This document shows positions 8,989 to 17,768 of a stretch of 24,586 nucleotides of DNA, in pieces; the stretch's first letter is position 1; every line of letters begins with the position of its first letter. Below the pieces are notes generated by a model that was given only the letters and a program-made list of their open reading frames with translations, was not told where the DNA came from and did not search any database. A program made the translations under genes and the position numbers. The stretch comes from a virus (lineage: Duplodnaviria; Heunggongvirae; Uroviricota; Caudoviricetes), in IMG/VR virus record IMGVR_UViG_2939142107_000008; one strand, written 5' to 3'.

Positions 8989-9203
8989 TATTCACCTCTC
9001 GCAGCCTTGCGCTTATCTTCTTTAATCTTGAAATAAAGGTTTGTCAGGTACGTCAGCAGGCCAAATACCAGACTACCCAGCACACCTATTGCCGCCCACT
9101 GTGAGGGCGTGACTTTATCGAGCAACTGTAAAAACCAGTACCCGGCACTACCTGCTGAGGTGCCATAGGCGACACCCGTTGTTAACTTATCCATGGATTT
9201 CAT
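8988..9203 (-). CDS. S: Pinholin, S21-like class II holin (71 aa) with dual-start MKSM motif
   Basis: [71 protein letters not shown] is near-identical in pattern to the phage 21 S pinholin as I recall it; two TM segments; charged C-terminus; start trimmed from ORF-track 9266 to the MKSM ATG at 9203. Confidence 0.85.
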
Positions 9204-9270
9204 AACCCCACCTCGCAGATGCGGGTGCTGTGTAATGGAAATAAAAAGGCCACCTGACGTGGCCACCAGA

Positions 9271-10323
9271 TTATTTCCCCACCAGCTCGTTTATCTCTTT
9301 CACTGTCTGGTTAAACCGCTCTGACTCAAGCTCAACACCTAAGGCCCGACGCCCCAGCGCCATTGCTGCTTTTATTGTGGAACCGGATCCCATAAAAAAA
9401 TCAGCAACCAGATCACCTGGTCGACTACTGGCATTGATTATTTGCCTGAGCATATCCGCCGGTTTCTCACACGGATGTTTCCCCGGGTAGAACTGAACGG
9501 GTTTATGCATCCAGACATCGGTATAAGGCACGGAGACTGATACGGAGAAATAGCGCCGGAGAGATTTAAACTCATCCAGCAATTCAGAATATTTGCGATT
9601 CAGTGAATCATAAGATGCCACCAGCTGGTGGTGTGGTTGTTCCAGTTGTTGTTCCTGAAACTTCTCTGCCGCTATACGGGAAAACAGTGCCTGTAACTTC
9701 CGATAGTCAGCCTCATTCGGCAACTGCCACTGACTGGCACCAAACCAGTGGGAAACCATATTTTTCTTACCTGTGGCTTCGGCAATTTGTTTTGCCGTTA
9801 CACCCAGTTCGGCACGAGCATCCCTGAAATACGATATCAGCGGTGCCATTATGTGCTGTTTGAGTTCCCTTTCTTTTGCCGCATAGCCGTCACTTTTGCC
9901 GCGATATGGTCCCTGGTAATGTTCAGCAAACAGAACGCGCTCTGTGGCAGGAAAATATGCGCGCAGACTTTCTTTATTACACCCATTCCAACGTCCGGAC
10001 GGCTTCGCCCAGATGATATGGTTAAGCACGTTGAAACGTTCACGCATCATGATCTCAATATCAGATGCCAGGCGATGCCCACAGAACAGGTAAAGGCTTC
10101 CGGCAGGTTTCAACACCCGCCAGAACTGGGCCAGACAGTGGTCCAGCCACTTAAGGTAATCTTCGTCCCCTTTCCACTGATTGTCCCAACCGTTGGGTTT
10201 CACCTTGAAGTAAGGCGGATCGGTAACAATCAGGTCAATGGAATCATCAGGCAGGGACTGAATAAAATGCAGGCAATCAGCGTTGATTAAATCAACACTG
10301 TTTATTTTTACAGTATTTTTCAT
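9271..10323 (-). CDS. DNA methyltransferase, N6-adenine/N4-cytosine class (beta-type, DPPY then FxGxG), phage orphan Dam-like
   Basis: IVTDPPYF (motif IV) in N-terminal region and FFMGSGST (motif I) near C-terminus; no adjacent restriction gene. Confidence 0.8.
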
Positions 10324-10472
10324 GGATCAGTAAGCGTAACTCTGGTAGGCTCACTCTGCTTTTGCGCTAAAGCAGTGGGCCGTGGTTCGCTTGTGACCAG
10401 TAAGCATGAGCGAATGGCTGGCAGGTGCTACCAACACCCACCAGCCGCCCATTTTCACAAATTAAAAGTCCT

Positions 10473-10667
10473 TCATTGCTGAAGGCGTCTGTAACAGCCG
10501 AACTGGTAATCTGCCAGCCCCGCCATAACCAACTGGGTCAGTATTAACTGACAGCGTTCGCGTGAAAGATATGTGTTTTGTGCAATCTCCCCGACTGTTG
10601 CCGGTTCGATGCTTAATTCATTAAAAACAACTTTCGCCGTTTCTGTCATATCTTGCTGTTTTAGCAT
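10473..10667 (-). CDS. Small hypothetical protein (64 aa from MLKQQ start)
   Basis: ORF with AGGAAA RBS before internal ATG; longer ORF-track start at 10691 also possible. Confidence 0.35.
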   Translation of the reverse strand: MLKQQDMTETAKVVFNELSIEPATVGEIAQNTYLSRERCQLILTQLVMAGLADYQFGCYRRLQQ

Positions 10668-10790
10668 GTCTTTTTTCCTTCTGGTTAACATGACATACCA
10701 ATAACTCTTGTCTAAAAAGCCAGCAAGATAAAAAGTCAGTATTCACGACCACCAGCGTGTTTACCGTACTGCACCAGGTTTACAGGTACA

Positions 10791-10815
10791 AAAAAACCCG
10801 CTCGACGGCGGGTTT
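10791..10815. terminator. Bidirectional rho-independent terminator-like hairpin
   Basis: A6-cccgc-tcgacg-gcggg-ttt; on the minus strand the stem is followed by a T6 run; sits at the left border of the AT-rich cargo cassette, upstream of the DUF262 gene. Confidence 0.55.
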
Positions 10816-10915
10816 AAGTTGTGTGGCGAAGTAACCACTCTTAACACAATACAATACTTTTTGCGTACGCGTTATAGTTTTCTTACAATCAACTTTCAAT
10901 TAAAGGAACGAAAAC

Positions 10916-12076
10916 ATGACTACACTCAAAGAACTCAAAGAAGAGCTTGCTCAGATACAAGATGAACACGCTAAGAACAGAAAAAAGGCTGAAATTGCAG
11001 CTTTAACCGCTTCCGCTGACAATGAAATCAGACTCGCTCAGAGAAACATTGGATACAATGTACGTGAGTGGACCGTTGAAGTCATTATTCAAAAGTATGG
11101 TGATAATATTGAAAATGACAAAAACGAGCTTTTTATTCCAGATTATCAACGTGATTACAAGTGGGATACAAAAACAGCCTCTCGCTTTATAGAAAGTATT
11201 CTATTAGACTTTCCAATACCTTACCTTTACATTGCTGATGTATTTAATGAAGACCCTGAATTAGATGGTAGGGTAGAAATCATTGATGGTTCACAACGGA
11301 TACGCTCTATTTATTATTTTTGGAACGATCAATTTGAGTTAAAGGATTTGAAAGAGCTTAAAAGTTTAGAAGGTTTCAAATTTTCAGATCTTTTAGCTAG
11401 CCGCCAAAGAAGATTTTTAAGAGCTTCACTAAGATTTATTGAGTTGAAAGGTGATGTTGAGGAACAACATAGAAGAGATTTATTTGAAAGGATCAACTCA
11501 GGTGTTAAAAGATTAGAAGCGATGGAAGTGAGGCATGGCTCAGATGCTGCTACCTCAATGTTCTATAAAGATGTTGTGACCCCATGCTCAACAAACTCAC
11601 TTTTTTCCCAACTAGCTCCATTATCAGACCGGAAACGGTCGAATGGCGATCATCGTGAGTTAGTTTTGAGATTTTTTGCATATTTAAATGATTTAGAAAA
11701 CTATAAGGGATTTGTCCGTCCCTTTATTGATAATTATTTAAATGAACAAGCAGCAGCTGTGACTACTCAACAAGATGTTGATAATTTTAAACATGATTTT
11801 GAAATGATGCTTGCTTTTGTTGCTACCCATTTCCCTATTGGCTTTAAAAAGACCGCAACAAGTAAAACCACCCCACGAGCCAGATACGAAGCCATTGCCG
11901 TGGGAACTGCACTTGCATTAAAAACTAACCCACAACTCCAGAGTCCAGCCGTACCTGTAGGTGAATGGCTATTTGAAGAGGAATTTGAAACACTTGTTAC
12001 TGCTGATAGTGCAAACAATACCAGCCAGCTAAAAAACAGAATCTTTTACGTTAAAAATAAGTTGTTAGGGATTTAA
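10916..12076 (+). CDS. DUF262 (ParB/Srx-like) domain protein, 386 aa, lacking the DUF1524/HNH nuclease half
   Basis: FIPDYQRDYKW and IIDGSQR correspond to the two signature motifs (QRxxxW and DGQQR) of DUF262 as found in GmrSD/SspE/BrxU N-terminal domains; no His-Me/HNH motif in C-terminal half; AGGA RBS; AT-rich. Confidence 0.7.
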   Translation: MTTLKELKEELAQIQDEHAKNRKKAEIAALTASADNEIRLAQRNIGYNVREWTVEVIIQKYGDNIENDKNELFIPDYQRDYKWDTKTASRFIESILLDFPIPYLYIADVFNEDPELDGRVEIIDGSQRIRSIYYFWNDQFELKDLKELKSLEGFKFSDLLASRQRRFLRASLRFIELKGDVEEQHRRDLFERINSGVKRLEAMEVRHGSDAATSMFYKDVVTPCSTNSLFSQLAPLSDRKRSNGDHRELVLRFFAYLNDLENYKGFVRPFIDNYLNEQAAAVTTQQDVDNFKHDFEMMLAFVATHFPIGFKKTATSKTTPRARYEAIAVGTALALKTNPQLQSPAVPVGEWLFEEEFETLVTADSANNTSQLKNRIFYVKNKLLGI

Positions 12077-12078
12077 AA

Positions 12079-12768
12079 ATGAGTCTAATTGATTTACGAG
12101 ATGAATATGAAGAAAGAGCAAGAGACATTATGGAACTGCTTTCTCTTGCATCATCTATAGAGATTCATACTCAGCAGTTAGATCCGCAAGCGCATCAAGA
12201 TGAAATAGAATCTAATATCCTAAGGGTAAATATTTTAAAATCATCCGTTCATATGATGCTATATAATCAAGTTGAAAATACTGCCAGAGGTTGCATCGAG
12301 TCAATTTATGATCATTTACAAGATAATGAGGTGAATTACGCATCACTCAGGGAGAAGCTTCAAGTAAATATATTACATAGAATTGTTTCAGATAATGAAA
12401 CAGGGCAATCCCTTTATAAAAAGATAGGCACTGACATTTCCAAAAGAATAATTTCAGCCTCATTGAATATTCGTAAAGAATTCAATGGTAATGTTTGCAA
12501 GCCTGTATTACACAAAATAACGCAGGCTTACGGAATAACTATCGCAAACTCACCTGAATGTAGAAATGGTATTGACTTAGACTTGCTTAAGGATATCAGA
12601 AACGAACTCGCGCATGGAAGTACTAGCTTCTCTAAAAAGGGGCAAATTGACCCCTTAGAAGAAGTTAAGTCTAGAGCAGAGAGAGTTGATCTATATCTTC
12701 GTTTATTAATAAACTCAACTGAAGATTATATTATCTCTAACGGATATTTATCCCCTCAACATGCCTAA
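12079..12768 (+). CDS. HEPN-like protein (229 aa), putative RNase/effector partner of DUF262 protein
   Basis: RNELAH near C-terminus fits the HEPN Rx4-6H motif; gene starts 3 nt after DUF262 stop (operon); 3' end overlaps convergent MTase by about 32 nt. Confidence 0.5.
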   Translation: MSLIDLRDEYEERARDIMELLSLASSIEIHTQQLDPQAHQDEIESNILRVNILKSSVHMMLYNQVENTARGCIESIYDHLQDNEVNYASLREKLQVNILHRIVSDNETGQSLYKKIGTDISKRIISASLNIRKEFNGNVCKPVLHKITQAYGITIANSPECRNGIDLDLLKDIRNELAHGSTSFSKKGQIDPLEEVKSRAERVDLYLRLLINSTEDYIISNGYLSPQHA

Positions 12769-13777
12769 CAAACGTTCTCCCTATTACTTGGCCAATTATA
12801 GGGGGAACAGCATTACCAATCATCGTTCCTAACTTTTGGAATGAAAAAGGCGTATTTTTTCCAATAAATTTATAATCCATAGGAAAAGATTGTAAAATAG
12901 CAGCTTCACGCAAAGTTATTGCTCTATTTTGCTCAGGATGTCCGAATCGCCCATTACCATATCCATAACATTGGGTAGTTATTGTAGGACTAGTATCGTC
13001 CCAAACCATCCGTCCATAAACACTTTTATAGGTAGCACCTGAATGCTTTTTATGGCAATCCGCTCTAATTTCTTCAGGCCAATCATCCCACGTACCACCT
13101 GGTAAAGAGTGCAAGATTCGTTTAAGGTTAATATCCCTTAATTTAGGCGAACGATGCAATGGATCACTTTCGAGTTTCTCCCCTGCACCTATTTTTGGCA
13201 ACTGACCAATAGCATCCTTTACTGTAACTTTACGGCTTACTTTTTTTTGATCAAGGCTGATTGGCCCCAATATGGACCCAATTAGAATTAATCTACGTCT
13301 ATTTTGAGGCAAGCCATACTCGGAACATTTTACAACGTCGTACCACAGATGATACCCAAGAGTCTTTAATACACTAACAAACTCTTCAAAAACCTTATGA
13401 TTTCTAAGTTGAGGAACATTTTCCATAGTCACAAGCTCTGGCATGACATCACTTACAATCCTCTGAAACTCAGATAAAAGACGCCACTTTGTATCATCTT
13501 TTCTGCTATTTGGATTACGATACTTGGAAAACGGTTGGCAAGGGGCACAGCCTGCAAGTAATCTAATATTTCCTTCCTTGAACATAGCAGACACATCGCT
13601 GGATTGCAGTTCAGTAACTGACTGGTTAATGAACTTCGTTAAGGGATTATTGCTCTCAATAGCGAAACGGCAGGACTCATCAATATCAATGCCATGAGAA
13701 ACTTCAATCCCGGCTTTTTTTAGCCCAAAAGTTAAGCCCCCTGCGCCACAAAAAATGTCTACTGCTTGAATGTTCAC
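12737..13777 (-). CDS. DNA (cytosine-5) methyltransferase (346 aa)
   Basis: Motif I FCGAGG, motif IV GCAPCQPFS (PCQ), motif VI MENVPQL (ENV), motif VIII LPQNRRR; GTG start with GGAG RBS; AT-rich relative to phage core. Confidence 0.85.
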   Translation of the reverse strand: MNIQAVDIFCGAGGLTFGLKKAGIEVSHGIDIDESCRFAIESNNPLTKFINQSVTELQSSDVSAMFKEGNIRLLAGCAPCQPFSKYRNPNSRKDDTKWRLLSEFQRIVSDVMPELVTMENVPQLRNHKVFEEFVSVLKTLGYHLWYDVVKCSEYGLPQNRRRLILIGSILGPISLDQKKVSRKVTVKDAIGQLPKIGAGEKLESDPLHRSPKLRDINLKRILHSLPGGTWDDWPEEIRADCHKKHSGATYKSVYGRMVWDDTSPTITTQCYGYGNGRFGHPEQNRAITLREAAILQSFPMDYKFIGKNTPFSFQKLGTMIGNAVPPIIGQVIGRTFVRHVEGINIR

Positions 13778-13856
13778 AAGATTCTCCGTTACTTTACCCT
13801 GGTATTATATACACATAAAAGTTGGGAAAGTAGAATGATTTTACATAGCACTTAAC
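13778..13856 (-). promoter_or_regulatory. Candidate late promoter (pR'-like) and qut region downstream of Q
   Basis: Perfect TATAAT on minus strand (plus coordinates 13804..13809) in the short Q-to-cargo spacer; -35 is poor, as expected for a Q-dependent promoter; placement by analogy with lambdoid pR'. Confidence 0.35.
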
Positions 13857-14210
13857 TCATTGTATTAAATAAAAAAATGACAAGCATCCATCAATAAACC
13901 CCATAGCTGTTTGCATATCTTTTCGAACTGTTCCGTCTGAACATTTCCGCTTCTTTGCAATTGTACGGAGCGAAATGCCAACAACAAAGTGAGCAATTAT
14001 CAGCTCATACTCTGCCGGCTTGTATTTACGCAACCTAGCGACACAACCGTCTATTATGATGCCCTCATCATCATCGCACTGAATCCGGGACTTTCTGCCA
14101 TGAGGTAAAAGCCGCTTGAAGCCAGCAGCTACCGGTTGCCAGTCCACACCACTGTTTTCTGCAGCAGCCCATGCCCCCCAGCGGTCCAAAACTTCATACA
14201 TATCACGCAT
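13857..14210 (-). CDS. Antitermination protein Q, QuuD-type (about 118 aa)
   Basis: MRDMYEVLDRWGAWAA...AAGFK...CDDDEGIIIDGCVARL...CSDG matches my recollection of DLP12 QuuD (MRDIQMVLERWGAWAA...); start trimmed to the MRD methionine. Confidence 0.7.
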   Translation of the reverse strand: MRDMYEVLDRWGAWAAAENSGVDWQPVAAGFKRLLPHGRKSRIQCDDDEGIIIDGCVARLRKYKPAEYELIIAHFVVGISLRTIAKKRKCSDGTVRKDMQTAMGFIDGCLSFFYLIQ

Positions 14211-14227
14211 CAACTTTCTCCACAAAA

Positions 14228-15223
14228 TCAGGCCAGCACGCCAATTGCCAGCGCACGATCGATAAAACGAAATATCAGCTCCAGCTGGGAGCCATACATC
14301 TCTTCAAATGCCACGGTATCTGCATGCAGCTCGTCGTGATGCTTTCTGCACAAAGGCAACACAAAGAGGTCATGCGCTTTTGTACCCATTCCACCCTGAC
14401 CGTGACCTATCAGGTGGTGGGGATCATCAGCAGGCTTTCCACAACATGCACACGGCTGTGTCTTAACCCAGCGCGTGTACTTTTCATTAACCCAGCGGCG
14501 ACGTTTTGGGCGTAACATAAAAGACTCCGGCGACTCCGGATCCACTTTCAGCGCCAGCACCTTTTTCGCCTTATCCTGGATGATGCTGGTAGCAGGAACC
14601 GAAGGCACAAGGTCACTTTCCCGGGTGACAGACGGCACAACAGGCTTCGGTAATCTCAGTGCCTTACGGGCTGCACTTTCCGGTAAGGCATCCGCCAGGT
14701 CATTACGAATCAGCCACCAGCACAGTTCCGGCATTGTCACAACGTGACTGTCATCAAAACCGAGATCCCGACGCACAACAGACAACACCCAGCGGGCACA
14801 GTTATCCGTTGCCATTGATTCCAGCCGTTCCGTGAACTGATCACGCAGCTGGTTATCGCAGTGCCAGCACAGACGGATTGCACCCGGAGCGTGTCGCATT
14901 GTGGTCATGTTCTCGCTGTGCCAGTCGGAATGAGGCCACTGGCAGCCTTTTTCACGAAGTAACCAGCTTTCAAGACATTCCACGCCACCAGCACGACGGA
15001 TCACTGCCTCATTGCGGAACACGGCCCAAACGGCAGGATCATCCGCCAGCGGTTGTGACGCCGCGGGAACGGCACCACTGGCGAAAGATGAATAATGCTC
15101 CGGCTCAGGCTCCAGCAGGACACGCCCCTGCATAAACAGGGGCATCAGCTCTGAACCGGGCCTGAACAATACGATCCCCATACGCGGGGCAATTTCAGGG
15201 GTCAGTAGTGCTCTCACGGTCAC
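14228..15223 (-). CDS. DUF968-family phage protein (YdfU-like) with C-terminal HNH-like Cys/His motif
   Basis: C-terminal PCACCGKPADDPHHLIGHG...CRKHHDELH; position between replication genes and Q is typical for this family in lambdoid prophages. Confidence 0.6.
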   Translation of the reverse strand: MTVRALLTPEIAPRMGIVLFRPGSELMPLFMQGRVLLEPEPEHYSSFASGAVPAASQPLADDPAVWAVFRNEAVIRRAGGVECLESWLLREKGCQWPHSDWHSENMTTMRHAPGAIRLCWHCDNQLRDQFTERLESMATDNCARWVLSVVRRDLGFDDSHVVTMPELCWWLIRNDLADALPESAARKALRLPKPVVPSVTRESDLVPSVPATSIIQDKAKKVLALKVDPESPESFMLRPKRRRWVNEKYTRWVKTQPCACCGKPADDPHHLIGHGQGGMGTKAHDLFVLPLCRKHHDELHADTVAFEEMYGSQLELIFRFIDRALAIGVLA

Positions 15224-15224
15224 C

Positions 15225-15578
15225 TCAATGAACGGTATCGAGCAGCTTTAACAGCTCAGGGACCAGTTTTTCCGCCTGGCGAGTCAGGCACAAAATCACC
15301 CGGGAATCGTTAGTGCCGACATAGAAATTGCGCACAGGTCTGGTTTCACGAACTGGTTGTGGTTCCGGCTCCTGCGCTCTCTCAGTCAGGCGCGGGAAAT
15401 GTCTGCGTGTATCCCCTTCACAACGGTGAGCCACACGCCCACTCTGACGTAACTTGCTTGCTGACTGCAGAACGCGCTGCCGTGAGTAACCTGCAAAAGC
15501 ATCCGCAATGTCTCCGGAAGTACAGCCCGGATGGGCTTCAATGAATTTCTGAACTTCATTCAAAAGACTCATGCTCAC
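15225..15578 (-). CDS. Hypothetical phage protein (117 aa)
   Basis: ORF translationally coupled to replication gene (ATGA overlap at 15575..15578). Confidence 0.4.
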   Translation of the reverse strand: MSMSLLNEVQKFIEAHPGCTSGDIADAFAGYSRQRVLQSASKLRQSGRVAHRCEGDTRRHFPRLTERAQEPEPQPVRETRPVRNFYVGTNDSRVILCLTRQAEKLVPELLKLLDTVH

Positions 15579-16516
15579 CCCCTGAATCCTGCCGGGATCT
15601 GGCTGTAGTCCACGCTGTCGTAACTGGATTTGAAATACGGGTCTTCGCGTTTTTCTGTGTATGTGCTGATGGACGGCGATAAGCGCAGGGAAAGCTCATC
15701 CCATTTTTCCCGCAGCTTCGACGGGCTGAGCACGTTACGGCACCAGAACGGATCGCGGCTGACGCGGCTGTACATCTCGCAGATTTGTTTGTGAGTACGA
15801 CCATCCTGCACACACATCAGGCGAATTTCGTTTGCCCAGGCTGTCCAGTTCGGTTCTTTGGGACGAACCACCTCGCCGTCACATTCGGCGGCCTGCTCGT
15901 ACAGGGCAATGATTTTTTTCCAGAGCCACTGTGCGCAGGTCAAATCATCCTGCGTTCCCCACTGGCGCTTTTTAGGGCTGAATACAACCGCATCAGGATG
16001 GCGAGTTAAAAAATCCTGTTCAGCCGTCTGCGTGTCCGGTTGCGAAGCGTCCGGACGAGAAGGTTTTTTATCTGACGGATCATGTTTTGATTTTACTGAC
16101 GGATCCCCGCCAGATTCTGACGGGTGAAAACCCGCTTTTTTGCCAGATTTCGACGCATCAAATTTTGACGTGTCAGATTTTGATGCGTCAGATTTTGACG
16201 GGTCAGAATCTGACAGTTGAGAAAATGCCGCTGCCTGAAGCTTCGCAACGTTAAGCTGATAAACATTCGACGCATTGCGGTTACCCTGGCGACGCGCCTT
16301 ACGCGTTAACCAGCCTTCTGCTTCCAGCCGTGCGATAGCCGTTCTGACGGTACTCATCCCCGCGCCAATCTGACGGGCAATAGTTTCAATTGATGGCCAG
16401 CACACACCTTCGTCATTACTGAAATCAGCCAGGCGGGCCATAATTGCCACGCTGGATAATTTCATGCCTGACGCAGCGCAACCATCCCATACATAGCCGG
16501 TTAATTTAGTGCTCAT
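15575..16516 (-). CDS. Replication initiation protein, O-like (N-terminal wHTH initiator domain, low-complexity linker, C-terminal domain)
   Basis: N-terminal LSSVAIMARLADFSNDEGVCWPSIETIARQIGAGMSTVRTAIARLEAEGWL is a typical phage replication-initiator HTH; central SKSDASKSDTSKFDASKSG linker is encoded by the iteron array. Confidence 0.7.
   Translation of the reverse strand: MSTKLTGYVWDGCAASGMKLSSVAIMARLADFSNDEGVCWPSIETIARQIGAGMSTVRTAIARLEAEGWLTRKARRQGNRNASNVYQLNVAKLQAAAFSQLSDSDPSKSDASKSDTSKFDASKSGKKAGFHPSESGGDPSVKSKHDPSDKKPSRPDASQPDTQTAEQDFLTRHPDAVVFSPKKRQWGTQDDLTCAQWLWKKIIALYEQAAECDGEVVRPKEPNWTAWANEIRLMCVQDGRTHKQICEMYSRVSRDPFWCRNVLSPSKLREKWDELSLRLSPSISTYTEKREDPYFKSSYDSVDYSQIPAGFRG
16088..16219. 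repeat. Iteron array (about 7 copies of a 15-bp unit TCAGATTTTGACGnn) inside rep gene: putative phage origin
   Basis: ccagattctgacggg / ccagatttcgacgca / tcaaattttgacgtg / tcagattttgatgcg / tcagattttgacggg / tcagaatctgacagt in tandem; each unit is a partial palindrome (TCAGA...TCTGA). Confidence 0.65.
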
Positions 16517-16864
16517 GACCGACCTCTATTTCCCTGAATTTACGACGAAACTGTTCGAGCGGGCTGAAGCACTCATGCTCATAGCCTTCACGGAGGTAGA
16601 TAACCCGTTGTGTTTCCGGCTCCCAACGAATGACTCTGACGGGCACTCCGTAGTGATCTTTGAACCAGCGGTTAACTTGTCGCAAAGGACTGTCTCCTTC
16701 TGCCGGTTGAAATCCCCCACAGCCCACTCAGCAAAGCTGTGGGTTACAATTTCCCTGTCACCTGGTACATTTACTGCATAGCAATACTCCACCTTCGCTT
16801 TTCCACCCGGTACAGGAAGCGCAATCAGTTGCGAGCGACGGTAGTGTGTTGTTAAACTGTTCAT
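16506..16864 (-). pseudogene. Small early gene apparently split by a frameshift at a G5/C5 run (overlapping ORFs 16526..16864 and 16506..16727)
   Basis: Upstream ORF has a coupled ATGA start at 16864 but a Ser-rich junk-like C-terminus; downstream ORF has a plausible C-terminus overlapping rep start but begins only at GTG; frames differ by one nucleotide around ccccc at 16714..16718. Confidence 0.35.
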
Positions 16865-17418
16865 GCGTTAGTTTCTCCACAACCAGAAGCAATCGACGCC
16901 ACGACGCCCGGAGCTGCACACTCGCGGGCGTCATTACTTTCTGAAACGCAAAAAATTTTGTAGACAAGTGCTGCATGCTCCTGCAGCTTCGAAATTGAGA
17001 GGTACAGCTCGTCGTTAATTGCTGTCTTCTCATGCGGTTCCACTACACCGTCTTCGATTGCCGAACGAATCTGTTTTGAATAACTGCCGATCTGTTCAAT
17101 GACTTCCAGTAAACGCTGGTTAATATCGGCATTGTCCACATCCTCGACGTCAGGAAGAGACACAAAGACGCCATTTGCAGACTGCGCCACAGCGTCGGCA
17201 ATGAAGTGAGTGCCACCAGCACGTTGTAAAATCATTGCCCATCCCAGCGGGAAAATCTGATCGCCATCGGCACGAAGGCGGTTAAATAATGCGTTCTCTG
17301 TTACATCCAGCCACTCAGCAGCTTCAGCGTAACCCCCCGGCAACGCCGCGATAGTTTTTCTGACAGCTTTCACGTACCACTCAGGCTGTTTTTCCACTTT
17401 CCAGTGATGATTACCCAC
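16861..17418 (-). CDS. Regulatory protein at the CII position (CII/YdaT-like, 185 aa), hypothetical
   Basis: Immediately downstream of cro with overlapping start/stop; assignment by position only. Confidence 0.4.
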   Translation of the reverse strand: MGNHHWKVEKQPEWYVKAVRKTIAALPGGYAEAAEWLDVTENALFNRLRADGDQIFPLGWAMILQRAGGTHFIADAVAQSANGVFVSLPDVEDVDNADINQRLLEVIEQIGSYSKQIRSAIEDGVVEPHEKTAINDELYLSISKLQEHAALVYKIFCVSESNDARECAAPGVVASIASGCGETNA

Positions 17419-17671
17419 GGCTTACCTCCTGTTCCTGTGGTTTAAACCCATTCTGGTTTTGGCTAGATTGAAAACGTGCCGGATAAAGAATCTGCATTTC
17501 GCTGATTTCACCCTTAAAAAAATTGGCCAGACGTTCTGCAAGATCGATAGATGGAATTTGTTCCAGTCTTTCAATACGACTCAGCGTCGCTGGATTGACC
17601 TGAACGCCAGCAGCAACATGCTGCAAAGTAAATCCGTGCGCCTTACGCACATTCCGTAATGGTGATTGCAT
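17411..17671 (-). CDS. cro: Cro-like HTH (XRE-family) regulator
   Basis: GFTLQHVAAGVQVNPATLSRIE helix-turn-helix; GGAGG RBS; divergent from repressor gene. Confidence 0.7.
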   Translation of the reverse strand: MQSPLRNVRKAHGFTLQHVAAGVQVNPATLSRIERLEQIPSIDLAERLANFFKGEISEMQILYPARFQSSQNQNGFKPQEQEVSRG

Positions 17672-17768
17672 ATAACCTCCACATATTGCGTGATAAGCAT
17701 ATTATTTCACGCAAATATTTTGCGCAAGTTGATTTGCTTAACGCGCAATAAAGAAATGTAATAAACGC
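17672..17768. promoter_or_regulatory. Immunity-region operator/promoter (OR-like) between cro and cI
   Basis: Repeated GCGCAA/TTGCGC half-sites (attgcgtgataa, tcacgcaaata, ttttgcgcaagt, taacgcgcaata) including the palindrome TTGCGCAA, in the 97-bp divergent intergenic region. Confidence 0.6.

Noticed and set aside
15556-15813. 85-aa minus-strand ORF overlapping the rep gene 3' end
   Set aside because: Out-of-frame overlap with the better-supported replication gene; Cys/Arg/Ala-rich translation
16088-16219. Possible CRISPR array (short tandem repeats)
   Set aside because: Units are contiguous with no spacers, lie in frame inside the replication gene, and no cas genes are present; interpreted as iterons
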